This document shows positions 1-13,115 of a stretch of 64,000 nt of DNA, piece by piece. Below the pieces are notes generated by a model. That model had not been told where the DNA came from and made no database searches. It saw only the letters and a list, made by a program, of their open reading frames with translations. This DNA is from Takakia lepidozioides. Taxonomy: Eukaryota > Plantae > Bryophyta. Location: the NCBI GenBank assembly GCA_030704615.1, contig CM060733.1, forward strand, positions 33,170,001 through 33,234,000, in the 5' to 3' direction. The translations under genes and the position numbers were made by a program. Numbering within the stretch: position 1 is the first letter of the stretch; every line of letters starts with the position of its first letter.

Positions 1-26
1 AGAGAGAGAGAGAGAGAGAGAGAGAC
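1..26. repeat. (GA)n microsatellite at the start of a URI intron; similar tracts at ~1559-1592, 27030-27058 and 40154-40178
   Basis: Direct sequence. Confidence 0.95.
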
Positions 27-1562
27 CCGATGCTGTGGTGTGGGCTCTCTGTTGGTGGGAGGCCGGGGGGGAAGCTGATTCCGAACAGCAGAAGCACCTG
101 ATGTCCCCTTCTCGTATGCATTAAGTTGCCATGCTACGGTGACCCCTTGAGCACTACCTGCTCCATCCTTTTCAAACAGAACACTTCCTTCCTTTCTTGT
201 ATGTAACCTGTTCTCTTGCCAGTTAGATTCATGGGTAGAGGGCGATGATGCCAAGCTGGTCCTTCCCCTGGCATTCTGTGGCACTATTCTGCTAGTACTT
301 GCAATGTCTGGCAAGCTTCCTCTCATGCTTCCATTTTCCAAGTACTCCTCAAACTCCTCATCAACATCACCATGTTTGGAGTTATTTTCGTCCCCATCGT
401 CTGAGTCAAGCTGTAATCTTTGGGTAACCATCTCAAGTTCGTCATCTTCATCATCTTCACTGTCCATGTTGTCAGCCTCAGCCATCTCGAGTTCAACCAG
501 GCGTGCCATTATTCTATCATGTTCAGCATCATCATTGGAGTTCCCTTCCCCTGAAAGCATTTCACACGTCCTCATGAAACAGTCCTTCTAGTGACACACT
601 TTTGGCCATGAGAGTTTAATAGAAGTTCTTGTGATCAAATCGAATGTGAGTAACTCATTTGTTGTTATACCATGCATGTTTCATTTTGATGATTAGTTGT
701 GATAGTACATGCCAAAGATTAAACATACCTGCTGAGCTGGCAACTATGGAGTCTCTTCGCTGGTAGGGGACAGGTGGCGCCACATACTCCTCTCTAATTT
801 CAACAACACCACCCTGCCACCCCGCATTATCCTACCGTAAGTCAGGGACTGTATTTATTCTGTGAAAGACTATTTAGTACCAGCTTTAGATTGAGAGATC
901 CTCTGCAACCAGACCACAGATGCTCCACTGACACTGGGAGAATTATCGGTTGCCCAAGCAAAGTTAAGCCTTCTTGGCGAGCCTTCACCTGAAAGATCTG
1001 TGGACTGCTTAATGTTAGCCAAAACCCTTCTTCTACCAGTAAAATTTGCCATGAAGAATCTTAGGGCTTGGGCAAAAACCTGAGAAAATCCAACACGTGG
1101 TCTCTTGTACAAAAAAGTGTACAGAGAAGCACCCCTTCATCATAAGACAATGTTTACTGTTGTCACTTTCATGCCCCCCAAAGTGGCCAGATTGGTTCTC
1201 TATTTGGCAGATGAACTAACTACTGAAGCTTATCAGTCCACTTGTGGGCATCAGCTTGTTCACTTTTAAGTAGCATTTCCCATCCTGTATTCCCTGATCC
1301 TAACCTCATTCTTTTGCACAAAATTCATAAGAGGAGACATGCAAGCAAGAAGCCGCCCCCTTACCGTTCAATTAATAAGGCAATACCCTACTGGCGACCA
1401 GTGGTTACGTCACTCTCTTCAAACAATGCAGCCTTACAAGGCTGGCATTTGTTACTGGAACCAGTAGGTCCAATGACACATGAGACGAGAGAAAAGACAA
1501 CGAAGATAATTTACACATCCACAGGTGACTAGAGAGCCATGGAACAATGCAGAACTTGAGAG

Positions 1563-1597
<35 letters not shown>

Positions 1598-2686
1598 TAC
1601 TGCAGCTTCAGCAGCAGTGTTGCTGGCAAAGGAAGCCTCCGCTTGGAGGTCAGCTATATGGGCATTGATAGCTTCAATCTTGGATTGCAGAAACTCACCT
1701 CGCCTCTCTAGTATTTCAACTGCTTGTTTTGCAGAACGCTCTGCATAGTAGCCCTCTCCCAACAGAACCTGAGCTATGACCACCATCATCACGGCAAACA
1801 AAATCCCATCCGGTAAGTCCCAACATCCAAGTCCCTCTCTCCGTACCCCTTTTTCCCCTCCTTGTCAAAACAGGTCTTTCCGTTGTAAGTTGCACGAGGA
1901 ATGTAGTTATCCCCCACCCTCTATCTTTCGCCTCTGCCTGCCTACTCTCTTTACCAACTTGGAGGGATTTGATCATTCGAGTTCCAAAGTGCAACCTCAC
2001 CGCTTTCAAATTCATGGCAGACCAACAAAGTGAGCCCTAACTTGCTGGCCTTCCATCAGCCACCAACATAATAGTAGCAACGTCCAGATTCTCGCAAAAC
2101 CTCACAGAAACCTAGCATGGAAACAATCATCCTACCAGCCCTCCAAGCATCCTCTCGTGATTCTTAACCTGAGGCATAGAAAAGAAAGGGTGGTTAGGGT
2201 GAATTCAGCTTGAATGTATAAGGGGGTCATACCATAAACTCGTTGGTATGGATGAAGCGTCCAGGCATAAACGCTGCCTTGCCAAACGGAACCTGCAAAC
2301 CACCAATGTTTATTGTTGCATTACTATACATCACTTGCAAAAGACTCCTCCTCCTCCTCTGTTCTCTATCTCTCTCCTTTCTCTCTCTCTCAAGATAGGC
2401 AAATAACATCTAACCAGCATCTCCTTGAAGACTAGCTTAATCTATGTGATAGGACCGCTGTCACGCAGCAACACATTTGTACCATGATATTGTAGGAGAT
2501 CATATCAGGAAGCTCAAGAACAAGCTCGGAGAGTGACTGATTTTCATCAGAGAAGTTCTGCAAGGTCTGCAGCTGCTTGCGCTGAACCTCTATGGCCTCC
2601 GCCACCGCCTTTGCCACCTTCACTGCATCTGTGACCGAAATGGACTCTGCCAATGGGGTCACAGTTCCTTTCTTTCTATCCGCCAT
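27..2686 (-). CDS. Unconventional prefoldin RPB5 interactor (URI/RMP)-like protein; 5 exons in window (2686-2483, 2292-2233, 1768-1601, 813-729, 550-27), continues past the left edge
   Basis: Spliced translation gives an alpha-prefoldin core (IMVPFGKAAFMPGRFIHTNEFMVLLGEGYYAERSAKQAVEILERR...GVVEIREEY) followed by an acidic region. GT/AG junctions are phase-compatible and exon 5 is open to a donor at 26-25. Confidence 0.85.
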
Positions 2687-3115
2687 GGTAAATGGCAACG
2701 CATGCAGTATCCCGAAGAACGGAGAGAAGGATGCGTTTCCTAATCAAACTCGACAAACTGAGAGAGACGAAACCAACGCAATTACTTGTGCAGTATCATA
2801 TGCACAATCTGAGAGATCTTGACAATAGACAAGAGAAATGCAGAGACAGATTTGATCACACACACTGATGAGACTTAGTCAGATCACTTTTCTCAGTCGG
2901 GCTAATCAGGCAGATTCAAACCCAAGTACCCGGAATCCGAGAAGGATCTGATAGATGAAAGAAGCAACGCGGAGACAAATTTGGAAGATGCTGAGACACA
3001 CACACGCACCAAACCCACCAAACAAGCTGCGATGAACTTAGGAAGCAAACAAAGAAGAAATGCATTTGACAAACTGGACCCGCTAATCCCGAAACATATC
3101 AGCTTCCGTTACGTT

Positions 3116-3125
3116 AAACCCTAAA
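3116..3125. promoter_or_regulatory. Telo-box (AAACCCTA) upstream of the URI-like gene
   Basis: AAACCCTAAA lies between the PPR 3' end and the URI ATG; function inferred from the known plant motif. Confidence 0.35.
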
Positions 3126-3673
3126 CCCATCCGTTCCATCAAGTGTAGTGCCAGGACTTTGAATTTGTTTGTATTTCTCGTGCCCTTAAAAAGCAGAATT
3201 CATCGGGCCTTCCCCTCAGGCGTCATGAGTGCCAAAGCAGTTTCATAAAACAAATCACAAGCTACCTTCCTTCATCTGCACCAAGCTCATCTAAAGTACT
3301 CAGAGTGGTTGTTTGCTTTAGTTGACTGCTGCATTGTGGGATTAAGTCAACACTCAGTGGAGTTTTGTGAAGGATTTGAAGGACAAGTGCTCAAGTTGAA
3401 AACATCTCCAGCTCTTGTAACATGTAGAAACTGGCATCAATGATTTGGTATAAAAATTCAACCTTGCCCACAGTTCCATCTGTCAACAGCTCCTCTGCAA
3501 TGATGTTTTGGTGACTACACTGCTGCTATCCTACATGAATTGTGATCATCACCTTCTCTGAGAAAGTGCAGTCCGGGGGACATAATTCAACTCTTCCAGC
3601 TAACTGTTTGCATTACAACAACAGGGGCCTTTACACCCTCACTTGGAAGAGACTCCCCGTTTTTGTTGCTCAT

Positions 3674-6600
3674 TCACCAGTAATCAGCACAAGAACAAGC
3701 CCCATCCTGGAAGTGGTGAAAGCGGTTGGCATCCCGTACCACAACTACTCGCCCAACAATTTTTGAGATGAATTTAGTGGCAGTGTGGCAGTCACCGCAC
3801 ACCCGAAGGTTCTTAATTACACGGAGAGGTGTCCCAGGCGATGTACTGATGAGCCCAAAAGCAATGGCCAATCTCTCACTGTGGTGGCAAAGAGAAAACT
3901 CTTTTTGCTCCTCCTTCACATCATGAAGCACAAAGCGTGTATCAGGTACGTACCCAACCTCCTTCATCTGCCCAGACAATCTCTGCAGCTCAGCCTGGAT
4001 TTCCTCAAATTGTGGATGGTTTGTGTCTTCTGCCATGAATGTATGCACTTGATTATTCACCTGAACCCAGCTGCACCCTGGCTTCTTTCGGACACCTCTG
4101 TCCTGCATCATTTGTCTCACCTTTCCTGTGTCGTCCCACCTGCCAGCCACAGCATAAATGTTAGACAGCTGCACATATGTTGCAGCTTCCTGTGGATCCA
4201 ACTTGAGCAGGCACTTCGCCACACGCTCTGCTAGCTCCACATCACCATGCATTCTGCAGGCACCAAGCAAGGGCCCCCACACTGAAGCACCTGGTTCAAT
4301 TGGCATCTTGTTGATGAAGTCCTCTGCTTCAGCCAATCGCCCTGCACGGCCAAGAAGGCCCACCATGCACCCAAAATGCTCCACTGCAGGAGTGAGGCCA
4401 TGATCCCAACTAATGGAATCAAAGTAGTGACGGCCTTCATCCACTAGGCCCACGTGGCTACATGCAGAGAGAAGACCTGTAAAGGTGATACTGTCTGGCT
4501 TCAAATCTTCCTGTTGCATTTGTTCAAAAAGTTGGAGGCTCTCCCTACCATGTCCATTCTGAGCATATCCTACGATTATGGCATTCCATGAGACCACATC
4601 TCGCTGAACCAAGTTGTTCAGAATTTCATGGGCATCTTTTACGCTCCCACATTTGGCATACATATCAACAAGGGTATTCTCCAGAGTAATATCTGGTGCA
4701 ATTCCAGCTTTGATGATGTCATGATGGACCTCTATGGCCTTTTCCAGGGCTGCCAGGCTGGCACAAGCATTGAGAACGGAAGTAAATGTCACATTGTTGG
4801 GTGTAATCCCTTCCCATATCATTTGCTCGTAGATCTCCAAAGCCTCCACACCATGTCCATTCTGAGCATATCCTGCAATCATAGTGCTCCATGAGACCAC
4901 ATCTCTTTGGGCCATATTGTCAAGCACTCGACGCGCATCCTTTACACTGCCACATTTGGCATACATATCAATAAGAGTATTGTCTAGAATGATATCTGGT
5001 GCAATTCTAGCTTTGATGATTTCACAATGAACTTCTATGCCCTTTTCCAGGTCTACCAGGCTGGCACAAGCATTAAGGATGCCGATGAATGTGACCTTGT
5101 TGGGTATCACCCCTGCCCATATCATTTGCTCATACATCTCCACAGCCTCCCTACCACAGCCATGCTGACCATATCCTGCGATTATCGCACTCCATGAGAC
5201 CACATCTTGTGCAGCCATCTTGTCAAACACTTTGCGTGCATCCTTCATGCTCCCACACTTGGCATACATGTCGACTAGGGCATTCTCCAAATTAATGTGC
5301 GACCCAATCCCAGAGTTTTTGATGTCAGCATGGACATCTTTGCCCTTTTCCAGGGCTTTCAGGCTGGCACATGCGTTGAGAACACAAATGAATGTGACCT
5401 TGTTGGGCGTCAGCCCTTCCTGTATCATCTGCTCATATATTTCGAAAGCCTCCCTGCCACGTCCAAGCTGAGCATATCCTGCGATCATTGCATTCCATGA
5501 GACCACATCTCGTTCAGCCATATTGTCGAACAGTAGACGTGCATCGTGCACACTCCCACATTTGGCATACATGGCAACAAGGGCAGTCTCCAGGATGATA
5601 TCTCGTGGAATTCCCGCTTTGATGATGTCGGTATGAACCTCTTTGCCATGTTCCAGGGCTCCTAGGATGGCACATGCTTTGACAACAGAAATGAAGGTGA
5701 TGTTATTCGGAGTCACTCCTTCCCGTATCATTTGCTTGTACATCCCAAAAGCCTCCTTAGCACAACCGTGCTTCACATATCCTGCAATCATTATAGTCCA
5801 CGTAAACAAAGTTCGTTCAAGTATCTTATCAAACACTTGGCGTGCATCCACCACGCTCCCGCACTTCACATACATATTGACAATGGTGTTGAGTAGAAAG
5901 ATGTTTGAGTGGAATTTACTTTGGATAATGTGGGCATGCACCTGCTTTCCCTCTGCTAGAGCTTGCATGTTGATACACTCCCGCAAGAGACAGACATAAG
6001 TGCTGGAGTCTGCAAAAATGTCCTGTTGGTTAAAAATGTGCAGTGCCTCTTTAAGGCGCCCCTCGATGCATAGTGTCCTTACATCACTACATTTGGCTTG
6101 ATCTTGAATCATGGCAGCTAGATCTGCTTGCAACCAAGGTGGGTTTGCTGAATCCTCAATCCAAAGGGTCTCGTTTGTGCGTTTATGTCTGAAGTCTGGT
6201 GATCTTGGACTCCTCTGCCAAATCCAACAGTGGGCAGCTGGGCAACCATAACTTAACCCAACCCTCACATAGACTTTGCAGGGAATAACTTTGAGCAACC
6301 TACTTTCATGCCCTGCTAGCAAGGAAGAATTCACACTGATAGAAACAGTAAAACCCAATTTTTGCCAAGAGGAAAATTCATTAATGTAAGGAAATGGAGA
6401 TACACTTGAGTCCACAAAACATCATCATGTCAGCTATCCTTGAGAAATTTCCCTAGTCCTAAAATGAATAACCTCACCTTGTCAAACCTGTTGTCCCACC
6501 ACTGTGAAGGATCTGAAAAGAACTCCTGCCAAAGTAGATCCCTGCTCATTGTTTGCCCTGCATGCACACACCAGGTATATGTAGATCGTAGAGAGGTCCA

Positions 6601-7418
6601 ACTTGTGTCTCCACGACTTCTCCCTCTCTTCCCCACTCCACATGCCTGGCTCAGCAATCATGTCACATCTGTGCTGTATTGGGAACTAGAGGAGCACAAT
6701 GTTTCCTGCATGATGTCTTTCCTCATCCTTTCAGGGAATAGTAGGCGTCTGTGTGGCTTTGTGGGTAGGTAGATCTGTGGGAGTCACAGCCAGCATTCGC
6801 GGTGCGGTCAATTACTACCTGCCGTCATACAGTATAACTGAGGCTGGCAATGGTTCCTTGCCTGGCTCCAGAGGGACCCATGTGTGTCACCTCTGTGATA
6901 ACCACCCTCCACATTGAGGAGTACAAAGACATGCTTCCACCTCTTCAAACTCGCAGCAGGCTTCCCGGTGGGCTATGCTCGAGCCCTGTCACAATTCTCA
7001 ATCGGGGTGTCCCACAGAACCCAGTACCCCTCTCTCTCGCTTATGTACGAGTGTCAACAAGATAATTACAGCAGCTCAGATATTCTTGCGGACCCCTGTT
7101 GTCAATTACACTCATGTATGATCAAAAGGTGAACTTCCTTGACCAACCCAAAGCCTGGATGGCGCAGACAAACTCCTTCCACAGACGAAAGAAAGCAAAC
7201 AAAGATTACATATCCAACGTACCTTTCTGCTGTATAAGTGGAGGCTGGGGAGACATTACAGCCATCACTCGCAAGCGTCTGGGGCCAAGCATTGCCAAGC
7301 TGGATACACATTTCGGCTCCCCAGCATGGTCCCAGAATCTGTAGTATGATGTAAATCCTCCGGCTCGTTCGTCCCCCTGCACGCTCAGGAGACCGGCAGA
7401 AGAACCAGCCGCTGCCAT
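3674..7418 (-). CDS. PLS-class PPR-E-DYW (PG type) organellar C-to-U RNA editing factor with N-terminal OSB-like PDF motif; exons 7418-7223, 6557-6478, 6214-3674 (938 aa)
   Basis: Five L-S-P triplets followed by L2-S2-E1-E2, PG box KKPGCSW, HSERLA and CGDCH zinc ligands, terminal DYW. Upstream exons splice in phase (total 2817 nt) and rebuild WQEFFSDPSQWWDNRFDK|RSPRSPDFRHKRTNETLWIED. Exon 1 is transit-peptide-like and is the least certain part. Confidence 0.9.
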
Positions 7419-7974
7419 GCCTCTGGGGTGGGTGTGACAGCAAAAGCTATTAGTTCATTTCATATCCCTCTCAGCAGGAGTCATGATGTCCTTGGAGTTT
7501 GAAGTAAGAATTTGTAAGAAGCTAGACATTAGGTCTCCAGGACGATGAAATCAACATGAATCTTCACATTAGACTCAAGTGCACAGTAGTAATCTTCAGG
7601 GATGGGATCTTGCTTGTCATCTCATTGAGGTTGGAATTTGTCCTTGCCTTGTGCTCACAAGGAGCTATGAAGGCCAGAATGTCTTCTGGAGAAACACGTT
7701 GTTGATCAGGAGCTACGAAGTAAGAGTCTACCGCCACTGGAGAACTCAGATTAATATGGCAACAAGTTATTCTTGAATCGGCTGTGGAGGCACCAAAATG
7801 AGTCTGGTCCCAGTTGTCCAATTCATGAGAATCCTAGTGTAGAAATAGCAACCGATTGTTTGCGTCAAATTAGTGCAGTGAGGGACATTACAAGAAGCTG
7901 GAGGCTCAAAGATCCCTCTCAAGAGTGTGTGAAGGAAAGTCACACTGGTACACTGCAGGGTAGTAGTGCCGAAC

Positions 7975-8172
7975 ACCCTCCAACGCTATCCCTTCATGTT
8001 CACTAGTACCCTCATCATCGCTGCTTCCTGAACTGCTTCCTCCTCCTTCGCCTCCCTTGCGGAGTCTGGTGATTCTGACGACCTAAGTTCCATCACCACT
8101 CCAAGAGCGCTCTCTTCAGTTTGATGAGTGGTATTGGCAGGGTCACTACTGGAAATTGATGCACTCCTGACG
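7975..8172 (-). pseudogene. Duplicated fragment of the RIO1 last exon
   Basis: [24 protein letters not shown] matches RIO1 at ~36130-36345. Confidence 0.85.
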
Positions 8173-9512
8173 TCCCCAATTGTGCTCTTCATATTCCTGG
8201 AATGCCCAGGATAAAATAGCGGAGTACCACAGGCTTAAGCTACGTCCTCACAAACCACAAGGATGAAAGATCTGTACTCATTAAGTACCTCAAACTTGGA
8301 AGCAGGTGTTGGAAAGGAGGGAGAGATGGATACTAGGACCAAGCTCTCCAGATGTGCAGCTGGATGCATGTCAAACACGGCAGCGAAATTGCTCAGCTAT
8401 CTAAGGGGGTAGCCACAAGGTTACAGAGAAGAAGTAGGAGGGGCTGTAGATTACAAGAAAGGTGGGAAGAAAGGTGGGGGAGTGTGTACATGCAACACTA
8501 GCATGGAATGGGATGAACGGTCCTGCTGTTAGTGAGGGTGGATGGTCAGATTGGCAAGCCATGTTCTTGATAATTGTCACTTTGAGAAACTGAATTGTAC
8601 AAACCACTGATTGTGGAAATCATAGGGTAATTTGTAAGGGCAGCTGCATCCCTCCTGTTGTTTTTGAGAAATACTTAATTGAGTCACTCTATTCTCGGCA
8701 GATGGGAAGAAGTTGTAATTGGATATATCCCATGGAATCCATTCCCAAAACGAGCTCTTGCATCCAGATGTGTTAGTGCCTACTGTGATCACATTCACAG
8801 AATGTTATCAGTGCATCCTCCACGAAGGAGACTTGTCAGGAGTCTTGGAACCTCAATGAAGCAGGAGACTCTTCTTCAGGGCAAGGGCTCCCCCATCAAA
8901 TGTAACCTTCCATATTATGTTTCCAGCCCACACTGGGGATTAGTTTTAGGTGTGTTGATGTACCAATCTGATGATGGAAAACACATGTTGGGAAAAACCA
9001 AACAGGCTTCTGTAGTATGTAAGTTTAGTACAGACCACAGTAGTATCAACCTTCTTGGTGTGTTCACCTCTTAACAAGAGCTTGTTGACCAGTTAAAAGG
9101 AGAGTGACAAGGTGGATACTTGGGCACCACTCATAGAGTAAGTGTAACGCTAGATGCAAACGCTGGAATCACAATCAACATTTATCTCCCAACTTAAACG
9201 TTCGACAACAGCAGTGAGCATATGGCTAAACATCCATCCCATCATGTTTACTTCCATTACTTTCCGAACTCATGAGTCACTACACAAGATTGCAAAGTAT
9301 GTTCAAAATGTGTAGGAGTATAAATCACAAGCATAACCCATGATCTCATACCCTTCACCAACTAACTGTATATGCTTGTTTCCGAAAGAGCTCTGCAAGT
9401 AGAGACAAAGATTTCAGAGCTTTTGGAATCAGCCAAACTAAAATTCAAAATTGATGATGAAGTTGGTTATGGAGCAACAGTGTGTTGAAGCACTGGCTAT
9501 TCCTTGTTGGGC

Positions 9513-10521
9513 TCCTTGAGCCCAGCGATGGTTTGGTAATAGATACCCTTGGTACCTTTGCCACTTGCGATCTGCTGCATGTCACCCTCGTAGACTTTGA
9601 CTTGATCCAATGTTGTGGGAATAAATGACTGACCAGCAAGAAATGAGTAAATGTAAGTCCAGGTGACCTTCATCATCACAGCAAAATTGCCATTTCTCAT
9701 TTAATGTCTCATATCCTCGCCTGAGTTCATTAACAAATCAAAAGCTCTACTTGATACCTATATTCATCGTATGACTAAAATTCTTTGACCATTGTATGAC
9801 GATACATAAAAATGAATGACCTGAATGGCAGAAGAAAGCCACACTTCTGGGAACAAACCTGAATAAACGCCACCTGCTCTTCAACTGTGGGCTCATGCAC
9901 CCGGCCCCTGATCCTCTCCTGCATCTGAATGACAGTGGACACTACATAGGTGAATGTACCACACCTGATAACATTAGTGTCGTCTATTGTAGCTGGTCAG
10001 TCCTTTAGTGGCTTGCCTGGAATAGATTATCCATTGAAATTCAATGACCTCCCACAGATTTCTGCAGAACTGAGGAGGCAATCCATATGGACCACAATTT
10101 CTCAACACGACCTACCCACACTAAGGGAAAGACGGGTACGTACCTTTTCAAGGTACTCGTCCACTTGGTCATCAGTGAGTGAAGGTTCTACAACAAAGTC
10201 CAAAAGCTCCCTCACACTTGCAACCCCATTATTTCTAAAAAAAAGTCCTGCAGTTGTCATACTTGGTTAGAGAGTACCCCACATTTTCAGAAAAAGGATA
10301 AATCAAAGGCTACTGAGGGGTGGGTGCATGCCAGACGTACTGTAACATGCAGGCAATCCTCCCTCAGAAAGTCAAAGGCCCACAGATGATCTAACTCCAC
10401 TGTGATACGCCGATAATGTAGACATGGCGCTGTCATGGAGAGACATTGAACTTGGTGAGCCACATTGATTTCTGATTTCATCTGAGTCAGCGTAGGAAAG
10501 GGGAGGAGGGAGGAGGGAGAA
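9513..10521 (-). pseudogene. Intron-containing duplicate of RIO1 exons 10-13 (partial, degenerate)
   Basis: Colinear with ~36353-37355, introns included, with small deletions and frameshifts. Confidence 0.9.
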
Positions 10522-10544
10522 CTATACATTTAACTCATCCAATT

Positions 10545-13115
10545 GCTTTTGCCACATGAAGAGCGTGTCAGGCACGTACCCCGCCTCCTTCATCCGTCTG
10601 GGCAATCTCTTCAGCTCAGCATTGATTTCCTCAACTTGTGGATGCAATTTGTCCTTTACAATGAATGTATGCACTCGGTGACCAACCTCAACGCAGCTGC
10701 AGCCTGGCTCCTTTACAACACCTGTGTTCCATCATTTCTCTCAACTTTGCTTCATCATCCCACCTGCCGGCTGCAGCATAAATGTGGGATAGCAGCACAT
10801 AAGCTGTGGACTGCTTTGGATCTATCTCTAGAACTCTTTTTGCCGCACGTTCTGCTACCTTCACCTTGCCATGAAGTCTGCAGGCACCAAGCAAGGCCAT
10901 CCACACCCCAGCATCTGGTTGGATTGGCATTTTGTTGATCAAGTCCTCTGCCTCATCCAATTGCCCAGCACGGCCAAGAAGGTCCACCATGCAGCCAAAA
11001 TGCTCCACTGTAGGAGTGAGGTCGTGATCTCGACTAATGGAATGGAAATAGTGGCAGCCTTCATCCACTAGGCCCAAATGGCTGCATGCAAACAAAAGAG
11101 ATGTAAAGGTCATGCCATCTGGCTTCAAACCTTCCTGTTGCATTTCTTCAAATAGCTGAAGGACCTCCCTACCACACCCATGTTGAGCATATCCTGCAAT
11201 CATGGCACTCCATGAGACCAAATTTCTTTTAGCCATATTATCGAACACTTGACGTGCATCTTTAATGCTCCCACATTTTGCATACATGGCAGCAAGGGTG
11301 GTCTCCAGAATGATATCTGGTGCAATTCCAGCTTTAATGATGTCAGCATGGACCTCCTTGCCCTTTGCCAGGGACCCTAAGGTGGCACAGGCATTGAGAA
11401 CACAACTGAACGTAACAGTGTTGGGCCTCGCCCCTTTCCATTGCATTCGCTCGTAGATCTCCAAAGCCTCCCTACCAAACCCATGCTGAGCATACCCTGC
11501 GATCATTGCATTCCATGAGACTACATTTCGTTCAGCCATTTTGTCAAAAACCTGACGTGCATCGTTCATGCTCCCGCATTTGGCATACATGTCCACAAGG
11601 GCAGTTTCAAGAACGACATCTGATGCAATTCCAGCCTTGATGATGTGAGAATGGACCTCTTTTCCCTCTTCCAGGAGTTTGAACCTGGCACAAGCATTGA
11701 GAACACAAATGAACGTAACCCTGTTGGGCATCATCCCCTCCCATTGCATTTGCTCAAAGAGCTCAAAAGTCTCCCTACTACACCCCTGCTGAGCATATCC
11801 TGTGATCATAGCATTCCATGAAACCACATTTCTTCTAGCCATTTTATTGAACACTTGACGTGCAGTCTTTAAGCACCCGCATTTGGCATACATGTCAGTG
11901 ATGGCAGTCTCCAGAATGATATCTGGTGCGATTCCAGCTTTAACAATGTCAGCATGGACCTCTCTGCCCTTGTCCAGTGTTCTTAGGATCGCACAAGCAT
12001 TGAGAACTCCGAGGAACGTGACCTTGTTGGGGACCACTCCTTCCCGTCGCATTTGCTCATAGATCTCCAAGGCCTCCCTACCACACCCATGCTTGGCATA
12101 CCCTGCTATCATTATTGTCCACGTAAACAAGTTACGTTCAGGGATTCCTTCAAACACTTGGCGTGCATCCACAATGCTCCCACACTTTGCATACATGTTG
12201 ACAAGGGTGTTGAGTAGAAATATATTTGGCTTGAATCCACTTTGGGTAATGTGGGCATGCACCTGCTTTCCGTCTGCAAGACCTTTCACATTGATAATCT
12301 TCTGCAGGACAGAAACATATATATTGGAGTCTGCCTGAATTCCAGGTTGATTCAAGATATGCAACGCCTCTTTCAGTCGTCCTGCCCTGATGAATATCTT
12401 CAAATTTCCACAAGACTCCAAACTGTCGACTCTATCTTTTTGTCCATTTTCAAAAGAAGTCCTGATGGGGGTGCTAATCCTGCCATCACTGGCAGGTCCA
12501 GCAAGTAATTGATTCAACCCTGCCATCCTGCATGAACACACACTCCTAGTTACAAACCTTTCCACTCCAACTCACATAACACACCTCCCAAGAGCACCAG
12601 AATTTAGATATAAGGGCACAGAGGAGGTCCTTTGGATTGAGGGGTGGTTGAAGCCACCTTTGGGTAAAACCAGAGCTAGCTGCCATGATGCAAGGTGAAG
12701 CACATTCTTGTGGTGATCCTAACGTTGGTGCACAATGTGCCAGGGAGACAAGGGGTATTTTGCAATGATGATTTAAGGGTTCGAACGCAAACATATAGAA
12801 TTGGTAAGCTTATTCTCCATAGAGATGACTCTAGTACTTTTCAAAACCTGCTAATTGTAGCAAGGAACCTGTCCCCAAGAAGGACTTTTTTGGAAGTATC
12901 TAGGATACAAGGACCAAAAGTGTCATTATTCTAAGCAAATAGAGATACAAACAAGTCCACAAGAATAAAATCATGCCATCTTGAGTCACAATTGCATTCA
13001 TCAACTCTTTCACATTCAAATCGAGATAGCCTCACCTTATCCAACATGTTGTCCCACCGCTGTAAAGGATCTGAGAAGTACTCTTGCCAGAGCCATTCTG
13101 TGCTCAATGCTTGAC
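10545..13115 (-). pseudogene. Second PDF-PLS-PPR paralog, pseudogenised
   Basis: Long PPR ORF 10688-12565; frameshift near 10720 just before the PG box (KEPGCSCV); DYW truncated after AGYVPDT; degenerate 80-bp PDF exon 13115-13036 (WQEYFSDPLQRWDNMLDK); second half of the PDF motif lies on the opposite strand. Confidence 0.85.

Noticed and set aside
304-591. Ser-rich + strand ORF and similar antisense ORFs over the PPR, RIO1 and pol regions
   Set aside because: Shadows of real coding sequence on the opposite strand.
3674-4090. U-to-C (DYW:KP-type) editing factor
   Set aside because: Canonical PG box, HSE and DYW terminus indicate the C-to-U type.
6215-6415. N-terminal 67 aa of the 913-aa ORF as real protein
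   Set aside because: Lies within the GT-AG intron 6477-6215; splicing it out restores the PDF motif.
10688-12565. 625-aa ORF as an intact E-class PPR gene
   Set aside because: Ends by frameshift before the PG box, with a truncated DYW remnant downstream; the upstream exons are degenerate or inverted.
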